The translations under genes and the position numbers were made by a program. A DNA stretch of 20,000 bases from IMG/VR virus record IMGVR_UViG_3300035670_000136, one strand, 5' to 3'. Shown here piece after piece: positions 1-7,805 of this stretch. The DNA is from an uncultured virus (IMG/VR IMGVR_UViG_3300035670_000136) (taxonomy: Duplodnaviria; Heunggongvirae; Uroviricota; Caudoviricetes). The notes beneath the pieces were generated by a model that was not told the origin of the DNA, searched no databases, and saw only the letters and a list, made by a program, of their open reading frames with translations. The first letter of the stretch is position 1, and the number at the start of each line of letters is the position of its first letter.

Positions 1-1
1 T

Positions 2-502
2 AGAGCATGGCGCGAGCAGCCAGACAAATGGTGGTCAGAAAAATTCGGTCGTGAGTTTTCACCAAGATTAGCACTCCAGCTAATGGGCACAGAGGCAGGT
101 CGTGATGTATTTCACCCCGACCTCTGGGTTCATACTGTAATGCGTCGATGTGAACAGGCGCCATATCACAATTATGTCATTGCTGATGTTCGTTTCCCAA
201 ACGAGATTAATGCAATTGTAGAATCTGGCGGCAAAGTTATTCGCGTTCGTCGCGGCGATGAACCTGAGTGGTATGATCTTGCTAGAGAATGTAATCGTGG
301 TCTTCACAGTCCAGATGTGATGCGCAATTCATATCCAGAAGTCCACCAATCGGAGTGGGCTTGGATTGGATCACATTATGATGTTGTTCTCGATAACAAC
401 TGTACTTTGGAAGAATTGACTATAAGGGTTGATAAATTGATAGATTCGTTATATAATAATCGTGTTGAAGCAAATGAGGTTGTAAATTATGAAACTTTCT
501 AA
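2..502 (+). CDS. gp1: Deoxynucleoside monophosphate kinase (T4 gp1-like), 5' truncated by window edge
   Basis: Frame is open from position 2 (RAWREQPDKWWSEKFGREFSPRLALQLMGTEAGR...). The PRxxLQxxGTE..R and VIADVRFPNE motifs, plus H.SE near the C-terminus, are typical of phage dNMP kinases. Confidence 0.9.
   Translation, partial: RAWREQPDKWWSEKFGREFSPRLALQLMGTEAGRDVFHPDLWVHTVMRRCEQAPYHNYVIADVRFPNEINAIVESGGKVIRVRRGDEPEWYDLARECNRGLHSPDVMRNSYPEVHQSEWAWIGSHYDVVLDNNCTLEELTIRVDKLIDSLYNNRVEANEVVNYETF
429..457 (+). promoter_or_regulatory. Sigma70-type promoter upstream of the sliding clamp gene
   Basis: TTGATA (429-434), 17-bp spacer, TATAAT (452-457); lies 31 nt before the gp45 ATG. Confidence 0.6.
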
Positions 503-1172
503 TGATACTGTGACTATTTTGAAAAACTTTGCGTCAATCAACAGTGGGATTGTCGTCAAGCCAGGTAATAAACTTCGAACAATTTCCGCCAACAAGGCAA
601 TTCTCGCAGAAGCAACTGTTGCAGAAACCTTTCCGCATGAGTTTGGAATTTATGACTTGAATAAGTCACTTGGTCTTTTGTCGATGAATAAGAACGACAA
701 TGAAGTAGAGATCCTACAAGACTTTCTCGTCTTCAAGAGTTTGAACGGTAAGGGTACGATTCGTCAGCGTTTCACCGCAACTAATCTTATTCTCTGCCCT
801 CCAAACAAGAGCATTAACATTGCAGCATATGAAGTGAAGTTTACACTTCCTGCTGAAACTTTAAATTGGGTATTCAGTGTTGCTTCAATTTTGAAGTGTC
901 CAAACGTTGTTGTAAGTAATGAAGATGGTAAAGTCGCGATTGCTGCAATGGACGTTAAAGGTGAAATCGTAGACGACGCAAAGGTCGTTCTTGATAGCGA
1001 TACTGATACCAAATTCCAGGCAACTCTTAAGATCGAAAATCTTAAGGTCGTTCCCGATGAATATGTTGTTGAGATTTCTTCAGTTGGTGTTTCGAAGTTC
1101 CATAATGAGTCGAAGAATCTGACCTATTGGATTGCAATTGAAGCCGCTAACTCTACCTTCGGAGAAGAATAA
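489..1172 (+). CDS. gp45: DNA polymerase sliding clamp (T4 gp45-like)
   Basis: N-terminus MKLSNDTVTILKNFASINSGIV, FGIYDLN motif, C-terminal YWIAIE; 227 aa; upstream of the clamp loader. Confidence 0.95.
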   Translation: MKLSNDTVTILKNFASINSGIVVKPGNKLRTISANKAILAEATVAETFPHEFGIYDLNKSLGLLSMNKNDNEVEILQDFLVFKSLNGKGTIRQRFTATNLILCPPNKSINIAAYEVKFTLPAETLNWVFSVASILKCPNVVVSNEDGKVAIAAMDVKGEIVDDAKVVLDSDTDTKFQATLKIENLKVVPDEYVVEISSVGVSKFHNESKNLTYWIAIEAANSTFGEE

Positions 1173-1408
1173 TGGCACTTGATAAAGCAAAGGTTTTGGG
1201 ATGCCTTCAAGAAATCTCAAACTCTCTCACTCGTATTGAGGCTGAGCGCGATCTGATTAAAGAGATTCTTCAGAAGATGCAAGACGAATGCGAGATTCCC
1301 AAGAAGTTGGCTCGTAAACTGGCGAAAGTTTACCACAAGCGTAGTTTTGAAGAAGAAGTTGCCGAGCAGAACGACTTCGTTGAAATTTACGAAAACGTGG
1401 CTAAGTGA
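1172..1408 (+). CDS. Small dsDNA-binding protein (phage DsbA/GapR-like)
   Basis: 78-aa helical protein, pattern IEAERDLIKEI...KLAKVYHK..F.EE; coupled to gp45 by a TAATG overlap; family assigned from recall. Confidence 0.6.
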   Translation: MALDKAKVLGCLQEISNSLTRIEAERDLIKEILQKMQDECEIPKKLARKLAKVYHKRSFEEEVAEQNDFVEIYENVAK

Positions 1409-1420
1409 CTATATAATACT

Positions 1421-1493
1421 AAGAGGTGTAGCGTTCTGCTAATGGTACAATCCGCCAGACTGCCACCATGGGACTTCACCTTCCCCACCTCTT
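1421..1493 (+). ncRNA. Candidate structured ncRNA, perfect four-way junction (tRNA-like cloverleaf, not a canonical tRNA)
   Basis: P1 AAGAGGTG(1421-28)/CACCTCTT(1486-93); P2 TAGCG-ttc-TGCTA (1429-41); P3 ATGGT(1442-46)/ACCAT(1465-69); P4 GGGA-cttcacct-TCCC (1470-85). No linker nucleotides between stems; TATAAT at 1412-17 upstream; U-rich tract downstream. Confidence 0.6.
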
Positions 1494-1504
1494 TCTTTTT
1501 GATT

Positions 1505-1577
1505 TGTATAAATAGAGATGTCCCTCGCGGAACGGCAATTCCCAGGGACCCTAATACTGCAAAGGAGTATCAGCATG
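1505..1577 (+). promoter_or_regulatory. Late promoter plus structured leader (copy 1) of an endonuclease-like gene
   Basis: TATAAATA (1507-14, T4 late consensus); GTCCCT-cgc-GGAA-cggcaa-TTCC-c-AGGGAC (1520-49); ATACT-gcaaagg-AGTAT (1554-70) overlapping the SD GGAG; ATG at 1575. Confidence 0.8.
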
Positions 1578-1955
1578 TCTATTTATACATATAAGACTCA
1601 TAAGGCTCTCTGTAAATTATTCAATACAGAGTATCACGAAGACCCTTCATTCAGTGACCAACAATTGAATTGTGTTCCGAAAGATTCTACACTCATAGAA
1701 CCATGGAATAAAGGAAATGAACTGTTTATGGGTAAAAATAATCCCATGGCAGAAAGAACTGGCGAAAAACATTTCTTTTGGGGTAAGACTCATACAGATT
1801 CTGCGAAAAAAAGAATTAGTCTTGCTTTAGTTGAACGTATGAAGGATTATGAATACCGAACAGTTGAATGCCCTCATTGCCGTAAAGTTGGTGGCGTAAA
1901 CAATATGAATCGGTATCATTTTAATAAATGTAAATCTTTGCAATGGAGTAATTGA
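1575..1955 (+). CDS. Homing-endonuclease-related DNA-binding protein (NUMOD3-like motif + C-terminal Zn finger), no recognisable nuclease domain
   Basis: GEKHFFWGKTHTDSAKKRIS is NUMOD3-like; C-terminal CPHC...MNRYHFNKC. Start moved from 1518 to 1575 because of the AAGGAG SD; 126 aa. Confidence 0.75.
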   Translation: MSIYTYKTHKALCKLFNTEYHEDPSFSDQQLNCVPKDSTLIEPWNKGNELFMGKNNPMAERTGEKHFFWGKTHTDSAKKRISLALVERMKDYEYRTVECPHCRKVGGVNNMNRYHFNKCKSLQWSN

Positions 1956-1957
1956 TC

Positions 1958-2278
1958 ATGGCAACAAGACGTAATTTTTTCAAGTATCTTGGTCTTGCTG
2001 GTGGTGTAGCCACTGGTGGTGTTGTAGCCGCTGCTGCTGTTCTTCCTGATGCTGAGAAGTGTGAAGTGATAGAAGAAATTCAAGCTGCTGGTTACAATGG
2101 TAAGTTGACACTTGGTAATGAATATGGTCAACTTGCGCCACCAGACGGTACAATCAGTTTTGGTCCAAAATTTGTTCCAGGAACGGAAAAGCGTGTAACC
2201 GCAAGTATGACCGTCGGTCCTGATGGTGAAATGTACTTGCTTACAAACGGGAAATGGCGTAGAATAGTGACTGAGTGA
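1958..2278 (+). CDS. Hypothetical protein with twin-arginine (Tat)-like signal peptide
   Basis: MATRRNFFKYLGLAGGVATGGVVAAAA matches S/T-R-R-x-F-[L/F]-K followed by a hydrophobic, Gly/Ala-rich stretch; SD GGAG upstream. Confidence 0.7.
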   Translation: MATRRNFFKYLGLAGGVATGGVVAAAAVLPDAEKCEVIEEIQAAGYNGKLTLGNEYGQLAPPDGTISFGPKFVPGTEKRVTASMTVGPDGEMYLLTNGKWRRIVTE

Positions 2279-2305
2279 TTTATTATATTATGAAGGGGTT
2301 ATATT

Positions 2306-3250
2306 ATGTTGCAAAATGTGGAACTGTTGTGGGTCGAAAAATATCGACCTAAAACTATTGAAGATTGTATCCTTCCTGAAAACTTTAAGAAAACCTTTCA
2401 AGAGTATGTAGCGCGCAAAGAAATTCCAAACATGATCCTTTCGGGTTCAGCAGGTGTCGGTAAGACAACTGTTGCCCGAGCGATGTGTGAAGAGATTGAG
2501 TGTGATTATATTATTATCAACGGTTCAGATGAATCAGGTATTGATACTCTACGTGTAAAGATTAAAGGGTTCGCTTCCTCCGTTTCTCTGACGGGAACAG
2601 GAAGAAAGGTAATTATTATCGATGAGGCAGACTATCTAACTGCCAATGCTCAAGCCGCATTCCGTGGCGTTATCGAAGAGTTTTCTAAAAACTGTTCGTT
2701 TATCTTCACTTGCAACTTTAAAAATCGAATCATTCAACCGCTACACTCTCGATGTGCGGTAATTGATTTCAAGTTACAGAACGGTCAGAAAGCGAAGATG
2801 GCTTCTGCTTTTCTTAAGCGTGTTGAGCAGATTCTTAAAGAAGAAAAGATCTCGTATGATCTGAAGGTCGTAGCCGAACTGATTACAAAGTTCTTCCCCG
2901 ATTATCGAAGAATTTTAAATGAACTCCAGCGATACAGCGTTGGTGGTACGATCGATATTGGTATTCTTTCTAACATTGGCGATTTTAAAATCACTGAACT
3001 TGTCGCCTTTTTAAAAGAGAAAGACTTCCGAAGTGTTCGTAAGTGGGTCGCCCAGAATACCGACAACGATACTCATCGAATTATGCGCGAAATTTACGAC
3101 AAATTATATGACGTTTTAAATCCAACCACGATTCCAATGGCAGTTATTCTTCTTGGTAAGTATCAGTATCAAGCCGCCTTTGCAGCCGATCAGGAAATCA
3201 ATCTTATGGCGTTCTTGACCGAACTCATGGTCGATTGCGAGTTTAAGTGA
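2306..3250 (+). CDS. gp44: Clamp loader large subunit (T4 gp44-like, RFC-type AAA+)
   Basis: LWVEKYRP, Walker A GSAGVGKTT, Walker B IIIDEAD, and SRC motif. Confidence 0.97.
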   Translation: MLQNVELLWVEKYRPKTIEDCILPENFKKTFQEYVARKEIPNMILSGSAGVGKTTVARAMCEEIECDYIIINGSDESGIDTLRVKIKGFASSVSLTGTGRKVIIIDEADYLTANAQAAFRGVIEEFSKNCSFIFTCNFKNRIIQPLHSRCAVIDFKLQNGQKAKMASAFLKRVEQILKEEKISYDLKVVAELITKFFPDYRRILNELQRYSVGGTIDIGILSNIGDFKITELVAFLKEKDFRSVRKWVAQNTDNDTHRIMREIYDKLYDVLNPTTIPMAVILLGKYQYQAAFAADQEINLMAFLTELMVDCEFK

Positions 3251-3251
3251 T

Positions 3252-3422
3252 ATGGAAACATTATGTCTTCGAAATGCTCCAAAGCGATATATTGTGAGTA
3301 TTGGTAATAAGATACTATTAGTTACGCATGACCATCGTTATGCAAAACAAGTAGAGGCAGAGATTCGTATTCGTAAAATAACTGACGAATCTTACACAGT
3401 TATTTCTGGGGGGACTAAATGA
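3252..3422 (+). CDS. Small hypothetical protein (56 aa), not in the ORF track
   Basis: ATG at 3252 is 1 nt after the gp44 stop; METLCLRNAPKRYIV...ISGGTK*; the stop overlaps the gp62 start (ATGA) and the ORF fills the gap exactly. Confidence 0.6.
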   Translation: METLCLRNAPKRYIVSIGNKILLVTHDHRYAKQVEAEIRIRKITDESYTVISGGTK

Positions 3423-3790
3423 CTGACCTATTCAAGGATATCGTACCGAGTATTCTTCAAACTAAAAAGCCAATATTGGAGGACGAAAAAGACTACAATT
3501 CCTTTATGGTAAATCGAGCACTTTCGTATCATATGGATTGCATAATGTATGCTAACCAAATGAACGTTAATTTCGGTCTGGATAGAAAACCTCAGTATGA
3601 CTATTTAATAAATATAGTCAGGGCGAAGAAACGAAACTTTGCCAAATGGGAAAAACCCATACAAGAGGATAATTTGCAATCAATAAAGTTATTTTTCGGT
3701 TATTCTGATGCCAAGGCTGCAGAGGCTTTGAAAGTACTGACTGATGAGCAAATTGATATTATAAAAGAAAAAACGAAAATAGGTGACTGA
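3419..3790 (+). CDS. gp62: Clamp loader small subunit (T4 gp62-like)
   Basis: YNSFMVNRALS...D.IMYANQMN, QYDYL...R.KKR.F.KW.K, FGYS..KA.EAL..L; position between gp44 and regA. Confidence 0.93.
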   Translation: MTDLFKDIVPSILQTKKPILEDEKDYNSFMVNRALSYHMDCIMYANQMNVNFGLDRKPQYDYLINIVRAKKRNFAKWEKPIQEDNLQSIKLFFGYSDAKAAEALKVLTDEQIDIIKEKTKIGD

Positions 3791-3791
3791 A

Positions 3792-4199
3792 ATGAGTGTT
3801 GATAATTTAGTGGAAGTGACGCTACAGAATGCTGATGACTTCCTCAAAATCCGCGAGACACTAACGCGCATCGGTGTAGCCGCTAAAAAAGAAAATATTT
3901 TATATCAATCTTGCCATATTCTACATAAGCAAGGTCGCTATTACATAGTTCATTTCAAAGAATTATTTTTGCTAGATGGTAAAGCATCAAGCATCTCTGA
4001 AAATGATCTTGCTCGTCGTAATTCGATTGCAAATCTTTTAGAGGAGTGGGGATTGCTAAAGGTTGTTGATTCCGAAAAGATCAAAGAACCAAAAGCGCCA
4101 CTATCTCAAATTAAAATTATTGCTTTCAAAGACAAGAACGATTGGCAACTAGTTGCTAAATACAACATAGGTCGTAAGTTGGAGCCAAGACAGCAATGA
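3792..4199 (+). CDS. regA: Translational repressor RegA
   Basis: DDFLKIRETLTRIGVA, LYQSCHILHKQGRYYIVHFKELF.LDG, RRN.IA.LL.EWGL, KYNIG; ATG at 3792 follows SD AGGTGA. Confidence 0.97.
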   Translation: MSVDNLVEVTLQNADDFLKIRETLTRIGVAAKKENILYQSCHILHKQGRYYIVHFKELFLLDGKASSISENDLARRNSIANLLEEWGLLKVVDSEKIKEPKAPLSQIKIIAFKDKNDWQLVAKYNIGRKLEPRQQ

Positions 4200-4735
4200 C
4201 AAACAGAATCAACGACGAAGTTTCTCTATCAGAAGCGGTTAAGTACCACTTAGACGAAAAGATTTCATTTACTGAAAATATTTTTCGTCCAGGTTCTGAT
4301 AAATTCTTTGAGTTGATTCGTGAAGCAAAGAAACTATATTCTCGCGGCATGTATGTACCTGCTGATGAATGGGAAGTTGATTTGCTTGAAAGCGACATCG
4401 GCGAGTTTGCTGAGTTTAATGGCAAACAAGTACCATTAGATTTTCCAATTGAGATTGAAGATATTAACGAAGAAGATAAAACTGAGGGTAAAGGTATCGG
4501 CAAACCATTTCGTCAAGGAAGTGGTGGGGCTGTTTATGTTCGCACCAGTGATGGTAATGTCAAGAAAGTTAATTTCAGTCAATCAGGTATGGCAAAAAAG
4601 TATAACGATCCTGCGCGTGTTCGTTCTTTTGTTGCTCGTCACCACTGTTTGACTAACAAAGATAAGACCAGTGCTTCTTACTGGGCATGCCGTTGGCCAA
4701 GATATTTTTCAAACTCAGGTAAGACTTGGTGGTAA
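4196..4735 (+). CDS. Conserved phage hypothetical protein (acidic N-terminal half; basic C-terminal domain with R.RSF.ARH.C...YWAC)
   Basis: 179-aa ORF coupled to regA by ATGA; two-part charge architecture. Confidence 0.75.
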   Translation: MTNRINDEVSLSEAVKYHLDEKISFTENIFRPGSDKFFELIREAKKLYSRGMYVPADEWEVDLLESDIGEFAEFNGKQVPLDFPIEIEDINEEDKTEGKGIGKPFRQGSGGAVYVRTSDGNVKKVNFSQSGMAKKYNDPARVRSFVARHHCLTNKDKTSASYWACRWPRYFSNSGKTWW

Positions 4736-4998
4736 ACCCTTACGTTGAAGAACGTATTGACGCTAACAGTTTTTATCGTATCTTTGACAAAAATGTCGTT
4801 AGCGAAGAATTAGTTTGGCATCGCGACCATTCAACGCGAGTCATAACTATAATTGAAGGTGAAGGTTGGTTATTGCAATTAGACAATCGTTTACCCATAG
4901 AAATAAAAGTTGGAGAAGTCTATACTATTCCAGCAAACACTTATCATCGCGTGAAACGTGGTTTGAGTGACCTTAAGATTATGATACAGGAGATTTGA
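4726..4998 (+). CDS. Cupin-fold protein
   Basis: ELVWHRD...EG.GW.LQLDN.LP...IP...YHRV fits the two-His cupin motifs. Confidence 0.75.
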   Translation: MVVNPYVEERIDANSFYRIFDKNVVSEELVWHRDHSTRVITIIEGEGWLLQLDNRLPIEIKVGEVYTIPANTYHRVKRGLSDLKIMIQEI

Positions 4999-5000
4999 TA

Positions 5001-5651
5001 ATGGATCATTTTTATAATCAGCCACATATGGGTGAAAATTGGTTTACCTTTCCCCATCTCTATAGAGCAATGGTTGATCGATTTCCATCAGGCAGTCACT
5101 TTGTAGAAATTGGTAGTTGGAAGGGAATGTCGGCTGCATTCATGGGAGTTGAACTTATCAACTCAGGTAAAGACATTAAATTCGATTGTATTGACATTTG
5201 GGCTGAAGAAGCATATGTCAAAGAGAATACCGTCATTGACGGTAAAGTAGTTTCACAGGATCTTTTCGGCAAGGAACTTTATAACACCTTTTTAAGAAAT
5301 ATTGATCCTGTTCGTCATGTGCTAAATCCAATTCGCAAAGATTCCGTTGCTGCGGCAGCAGACTATGAAGACGGCTCGCTTGATTTTGTTTTTGTGGATG
5401 GCGATCATAGTTATGAAGGCGTTAAGCGCGACATTATTGCATGGCTTCCTAAAATGAAACCAAATAGCGTTTTTGCTGGACATGATTACGCATGGACGCC
5501 AGTCATTCAACAAGCAGTTGGAGAAATCTTTGGTCCAGGTGAATTTCATGATCCTTGGAGAAATGGTTGCTTCTTATTTGAAATTAAAGATGGTAAACCA
5601 TATCATCCAAGCATGCAAAAAAATAGTAAAGTTTTTGTTTATAACACATAA
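5001..5651 (+). CDS. Class I SAM-dependent methyltransferase (Methyltransf_24-like)
   Basis: VEIGSWKGMS (motif I), LDFVFVDGDHSYEGV..DI..W, GHDY; ATG at 5001 follows SD AGGAG. Confidence 0.88.
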   Translation: MDHFYNQPHMGENWFTFPHLYRAMVDRFPSGSHFVEIGSWKGMSAAFMGVELINSGKDIKFDCIDIWAEEAYVKENTVIDGKVVSQDLFGKELYNTFLRNIDPVRHVLNPIRKDSVAAAADYEDGSLDFVFVDGDHSYEGVKRDIIAWLPKMKPNSVFAGHDYAWTPVIQQAVGEIFGPGEFHDPWRNGCFLFEIKDGKPYHPSMQKNSKVFVYNT

Positions 5652-5662
5652 AGGAATAAATT

Positions 5663-6235
5663 ATGCTCTCAGTGAATGTATATCGACTTCGTGATGATAT
5701 TGAACTTCCAACATATGGCACTTCTTTAGCAAATTGCTTTGATTTATCATTCCAACCAACTTCAAACGTTGTGAGTGGATATGATTCATTCAATTCACCA
5801 ATTGAATATAATGTAAATCATTTAGGTGAGTTGTCAGTCTATCCTGGTGATCGTTTGCTCATCCCTACAGGATTGATCTTCAAGATCGAACGCTACGTTA
5901 CAATTGAGACGTTTGCAGACATTGCACGACACGACGACGAACTTCCACTTCAGAACTATAGCATTCGCCTTCATCCTCGCTCAGGGCTTTCGCTTAAGAA
6001 AGGATTGATCCTAGCGAACTGCGAAGGCATTGTTGATGTTGATTATCAAGAGGAAGTGTTTGTTCTTTTGACGAACGTTTCTAAAATGCATACAACAATT
6101 CGTCGTGGTGATCGCATTGCTCAGGCTGAAATTGTTGCAAATGAACCATTTCAGTTTATTGTTGCCTCTGAGAGACCAGAAAAACACTCCGAAAGAAGTG
6201 GCGGTTTTGGAAGCACAGGCGTAAATAATGCCTAA
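5663..6235 (+). CDS. dut: Trimeric dUTPase
   Basis: Motifs FDL, PRSGLS, GIVDVDYQEE, RIAQ and RSGGFGSTG. Confidence 0.93.
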   Translation: MLSVNVYRLRDDIELPTYGTSLANCFDLSFQPTSNVVSGYDSFNSPIEYNVNHLGELSVYPGDRLLIPTGLIFKIERYVTIETFADIARHDDELPLQNYSIRLHPRSGLSLKKGLILANCEGIVDVDYQEEVFVLLTNVSKMHTTIRRGDRIAQAEIVANEPFQFIVASERPEKHSERSGGFGSTGVNNA

Positions 6236-6296
6236 ATAGTATTGGATGCCCATATGGGGTCTATAACTATAAACTTGCTTATTAAAGGAGTTACAA
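6232..6296 (+). promoter_or_regulatory. hsp20 leader: late-promoter-like CTAAATA, small hairpin and ROSE-like SD-occluding hairpin
   Basis: CTAAATA at 6232-38; GGATGCCC-atat-GGGGTCT (6244-62); CTTGCTT(6274-80)-atta-AAGGAG(6285-90) pairing with a bulged G. Confidence 0.55.
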
Positions 6297-6740
6297 ATGA
6301 CTAATATAACTGCACTTACATCTATGGATCATCTTGATCGTTTACTTCCAGCAGCACTTGGTTTTGAACATGTGTTTTCTACGCTGGACAACGCAACCAG
6401 AATCTTAACTGCAACAGGAACTACATCGTTCCCACCTGTGAACGTCATTAAAACTGACGAATACAATTTCACAGTTGAACTTGCAGTCGCTGGTTATAAA
6501 CAAGATGAAATCGAAATCACTTCTGAGAGAAACTCTCTAAAAATCAAAGGCAAAAAGACAGACACCGACGAACGCAACTATCTTGTAAAGGGTATTGCTG
6601 GTCGTCAGTTTTCTCGCCAATTTGTTCTTGCTGACACAGTAGTGGTTCGTGATGCGACTCTTGCTGATGGCATTCTTTCTATTCAATTAGAAAATGTCAT
6701 TCCTGAAGAACAGAAACCTCGTAAGATTGATATCAAATAA
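6297..6740 (+). CDS. hsp20: Small heat shock protein (Hsp20/IbpA-like)
   Basis: FPPVNVIK, ELAVAGY, YLVKGIAGRQFSRQF.LAD, A.L.DGIL.I.LE..IPEEQKPRKI.I. Confidence 0.95.
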   Translation: MTNITALTSMDHLDRLLPAALGFEHVFSTLDNATRILTATGTTSFPPVNVIKTDEYNFTVELAVAGYKQDEIEITSERNSLKIKGKKTDTDERNYLVKGIAGRQFSRQFVLADTVVVRDATLADGILSIQLENVIPEEQKPRKIDIK

Positions 6741-6759
6741 CCATTGAGATAACTATATT

Positions 6760-7239
6760 ATGCATAATGATGAATTGACGTGGGATGAATTGTTTATCTT
6801 ACAGGCTACTCTGATTTCTCAGAAAAGCAAGGACCCGTCGACAAAAGTGGGGTGTATTATTGTCAATGATGATAACGTCATCTTGTCAACGGGTTTTAAT
6901 GGCTTTCCAAGAGGCATTGAAGAAGATTGGAAAGATCGATGGAAGAGTCCAGAAAAGTATCATTGGGTTGAGCATGCTGAACGCAATGCAATCTTCAATG
7001 CAGCACGTGTTGGCGTTTCATTAAATGGCGCCAAAGCCTATCTAAATTGGGAACCGAAACCTTGCGCTGAATGTAGTCGCGCACTCATTCAAGCAGGCAT
7101 CAAGGAAGTTATCGGACCAAATCGACCGTTCTCTGGTAAAGGTGCAGGAAAGCATTACTCAATTGATCACTCAGAAATTATGCTGCGCGAAGCGGGTGTT
7201 AAAATTAGAGTTTGGAACATGCCAATGGAGTTACTATGA
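6760..7239 (+). CDS. dCMP deaminase
   Basis: SKDPSTKVGC, GFNGFPRG, HAERNAI and PCAEC zinc-binding motifs. Confidence 0.92.
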   Translation: MHNDELTWDELFILQATLISQKSKDPSTKVGCIIVNDDNVILSTGFNGFPRGIEEDWKDRWKSPEKYHWVEHAERNAIFNAARVGVSLNGAKAYLNWEPKPCAECSRALIQAGIKEVIGPNRPFSGKGAGKHYSIDHSEIMLREAGVKIRVWNMPMELL

Positions 7240-7805
7240 AAGGTGAATGGGCATATTGGGAAAATTACTTCACGCCAGAAACTTGCAGTAAAATAGTTCA
7301 ACTGGCATTTAAGTTACCAGCACAAACGCCAACAGTTGGTGGTTTAACTGGCGATGCAGTTAAAACTCTCAGACGTTCCACTGTGCGTTGGATTACTGAA
7401 GACAATCCAGATTTCACTTTCTTATTCGATGAATATTGGAAATTGTTGGTTCGAATTAATCGCGATTTCTTTGGTTTTAATGTAACACATTTACCACCTC
7501 TTCAATTTACAGAATATCATTCAACAAACTTGGATGAGTATAAAAGTCATCAAGACGTGTTTTGGATCACTGATACACCTAGACATCGTAAAGTTTCGAT
7601 GATAACACAATTGTCACCAAGAAGTGATTATGACGGTGGAGAACTTGTTTTAGAAAATTTAAATCAATACCCACCAAAAGAAAAAATTGAAACTCAAGGA
7701 ACAGTCATTTCATTTCCGTCGTTTGTTCACCACTCACTTAAACCTGTAACAAGAGGAACTCGTTATAGCCTTGTTGGATGGTTTGAGGGTCCTAAATTTC
7801 AATGA
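7236..7805 (+). CDS. 2OG-Fe(II) oxygenase (prolyl-hydroxylase/PKHD-like)
   Basis: HQD...RKVS...YDGGEL...FPSF..H...PVT.GTRYSLVGW; start at ATG 7236 (ATGA overlap, SD GGAG). Confidence 0.9.
   Translation: MKGEWAYWENYFTPETCSKIVQLAFKLPAQTPTVGGLTGDAVKTLRRSTVRWITEDNPDFTFLFDEYWKLLVRINRDFFGFNVTHLPPLQFTEYHSTNLDEYKSHQDVFWITDTPRHRKVSMITQLSPRSDYDGGELVLENLNQYPPKEKIETQGTVISFPSFVHHSLKPVTRGTRYSLVGWFEGPKFQ

Noticed and set aside
1421..1493. Canonical tRNA gene
   Set aside because: No GG-containing D loop in the right place, no 5-bp/7-nt anticodon arm, last stem only 4 bp with an 8-nt loop, no CCA; kept only as a tRNA-like ncRNA candidate.
1520..1549. HDV-like ribozyme (GTCCC...CTCGC...GGGAC resemblance)
   Set aside because: I could not build the P1/P3/P1.1 nested double pseudoknot or the J4/2 catalytic segment, and copy 2 lacks the resemblance.
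1518..1574. N-terminal extension of the NUMOD3 ORF given by the ORF track
   Set aside because: ATG 1518 is only 3 nt after the late promoter and runs through the structured leader; ATG 1575 has an AAGGAG SD and matches the copy 2 architecture.
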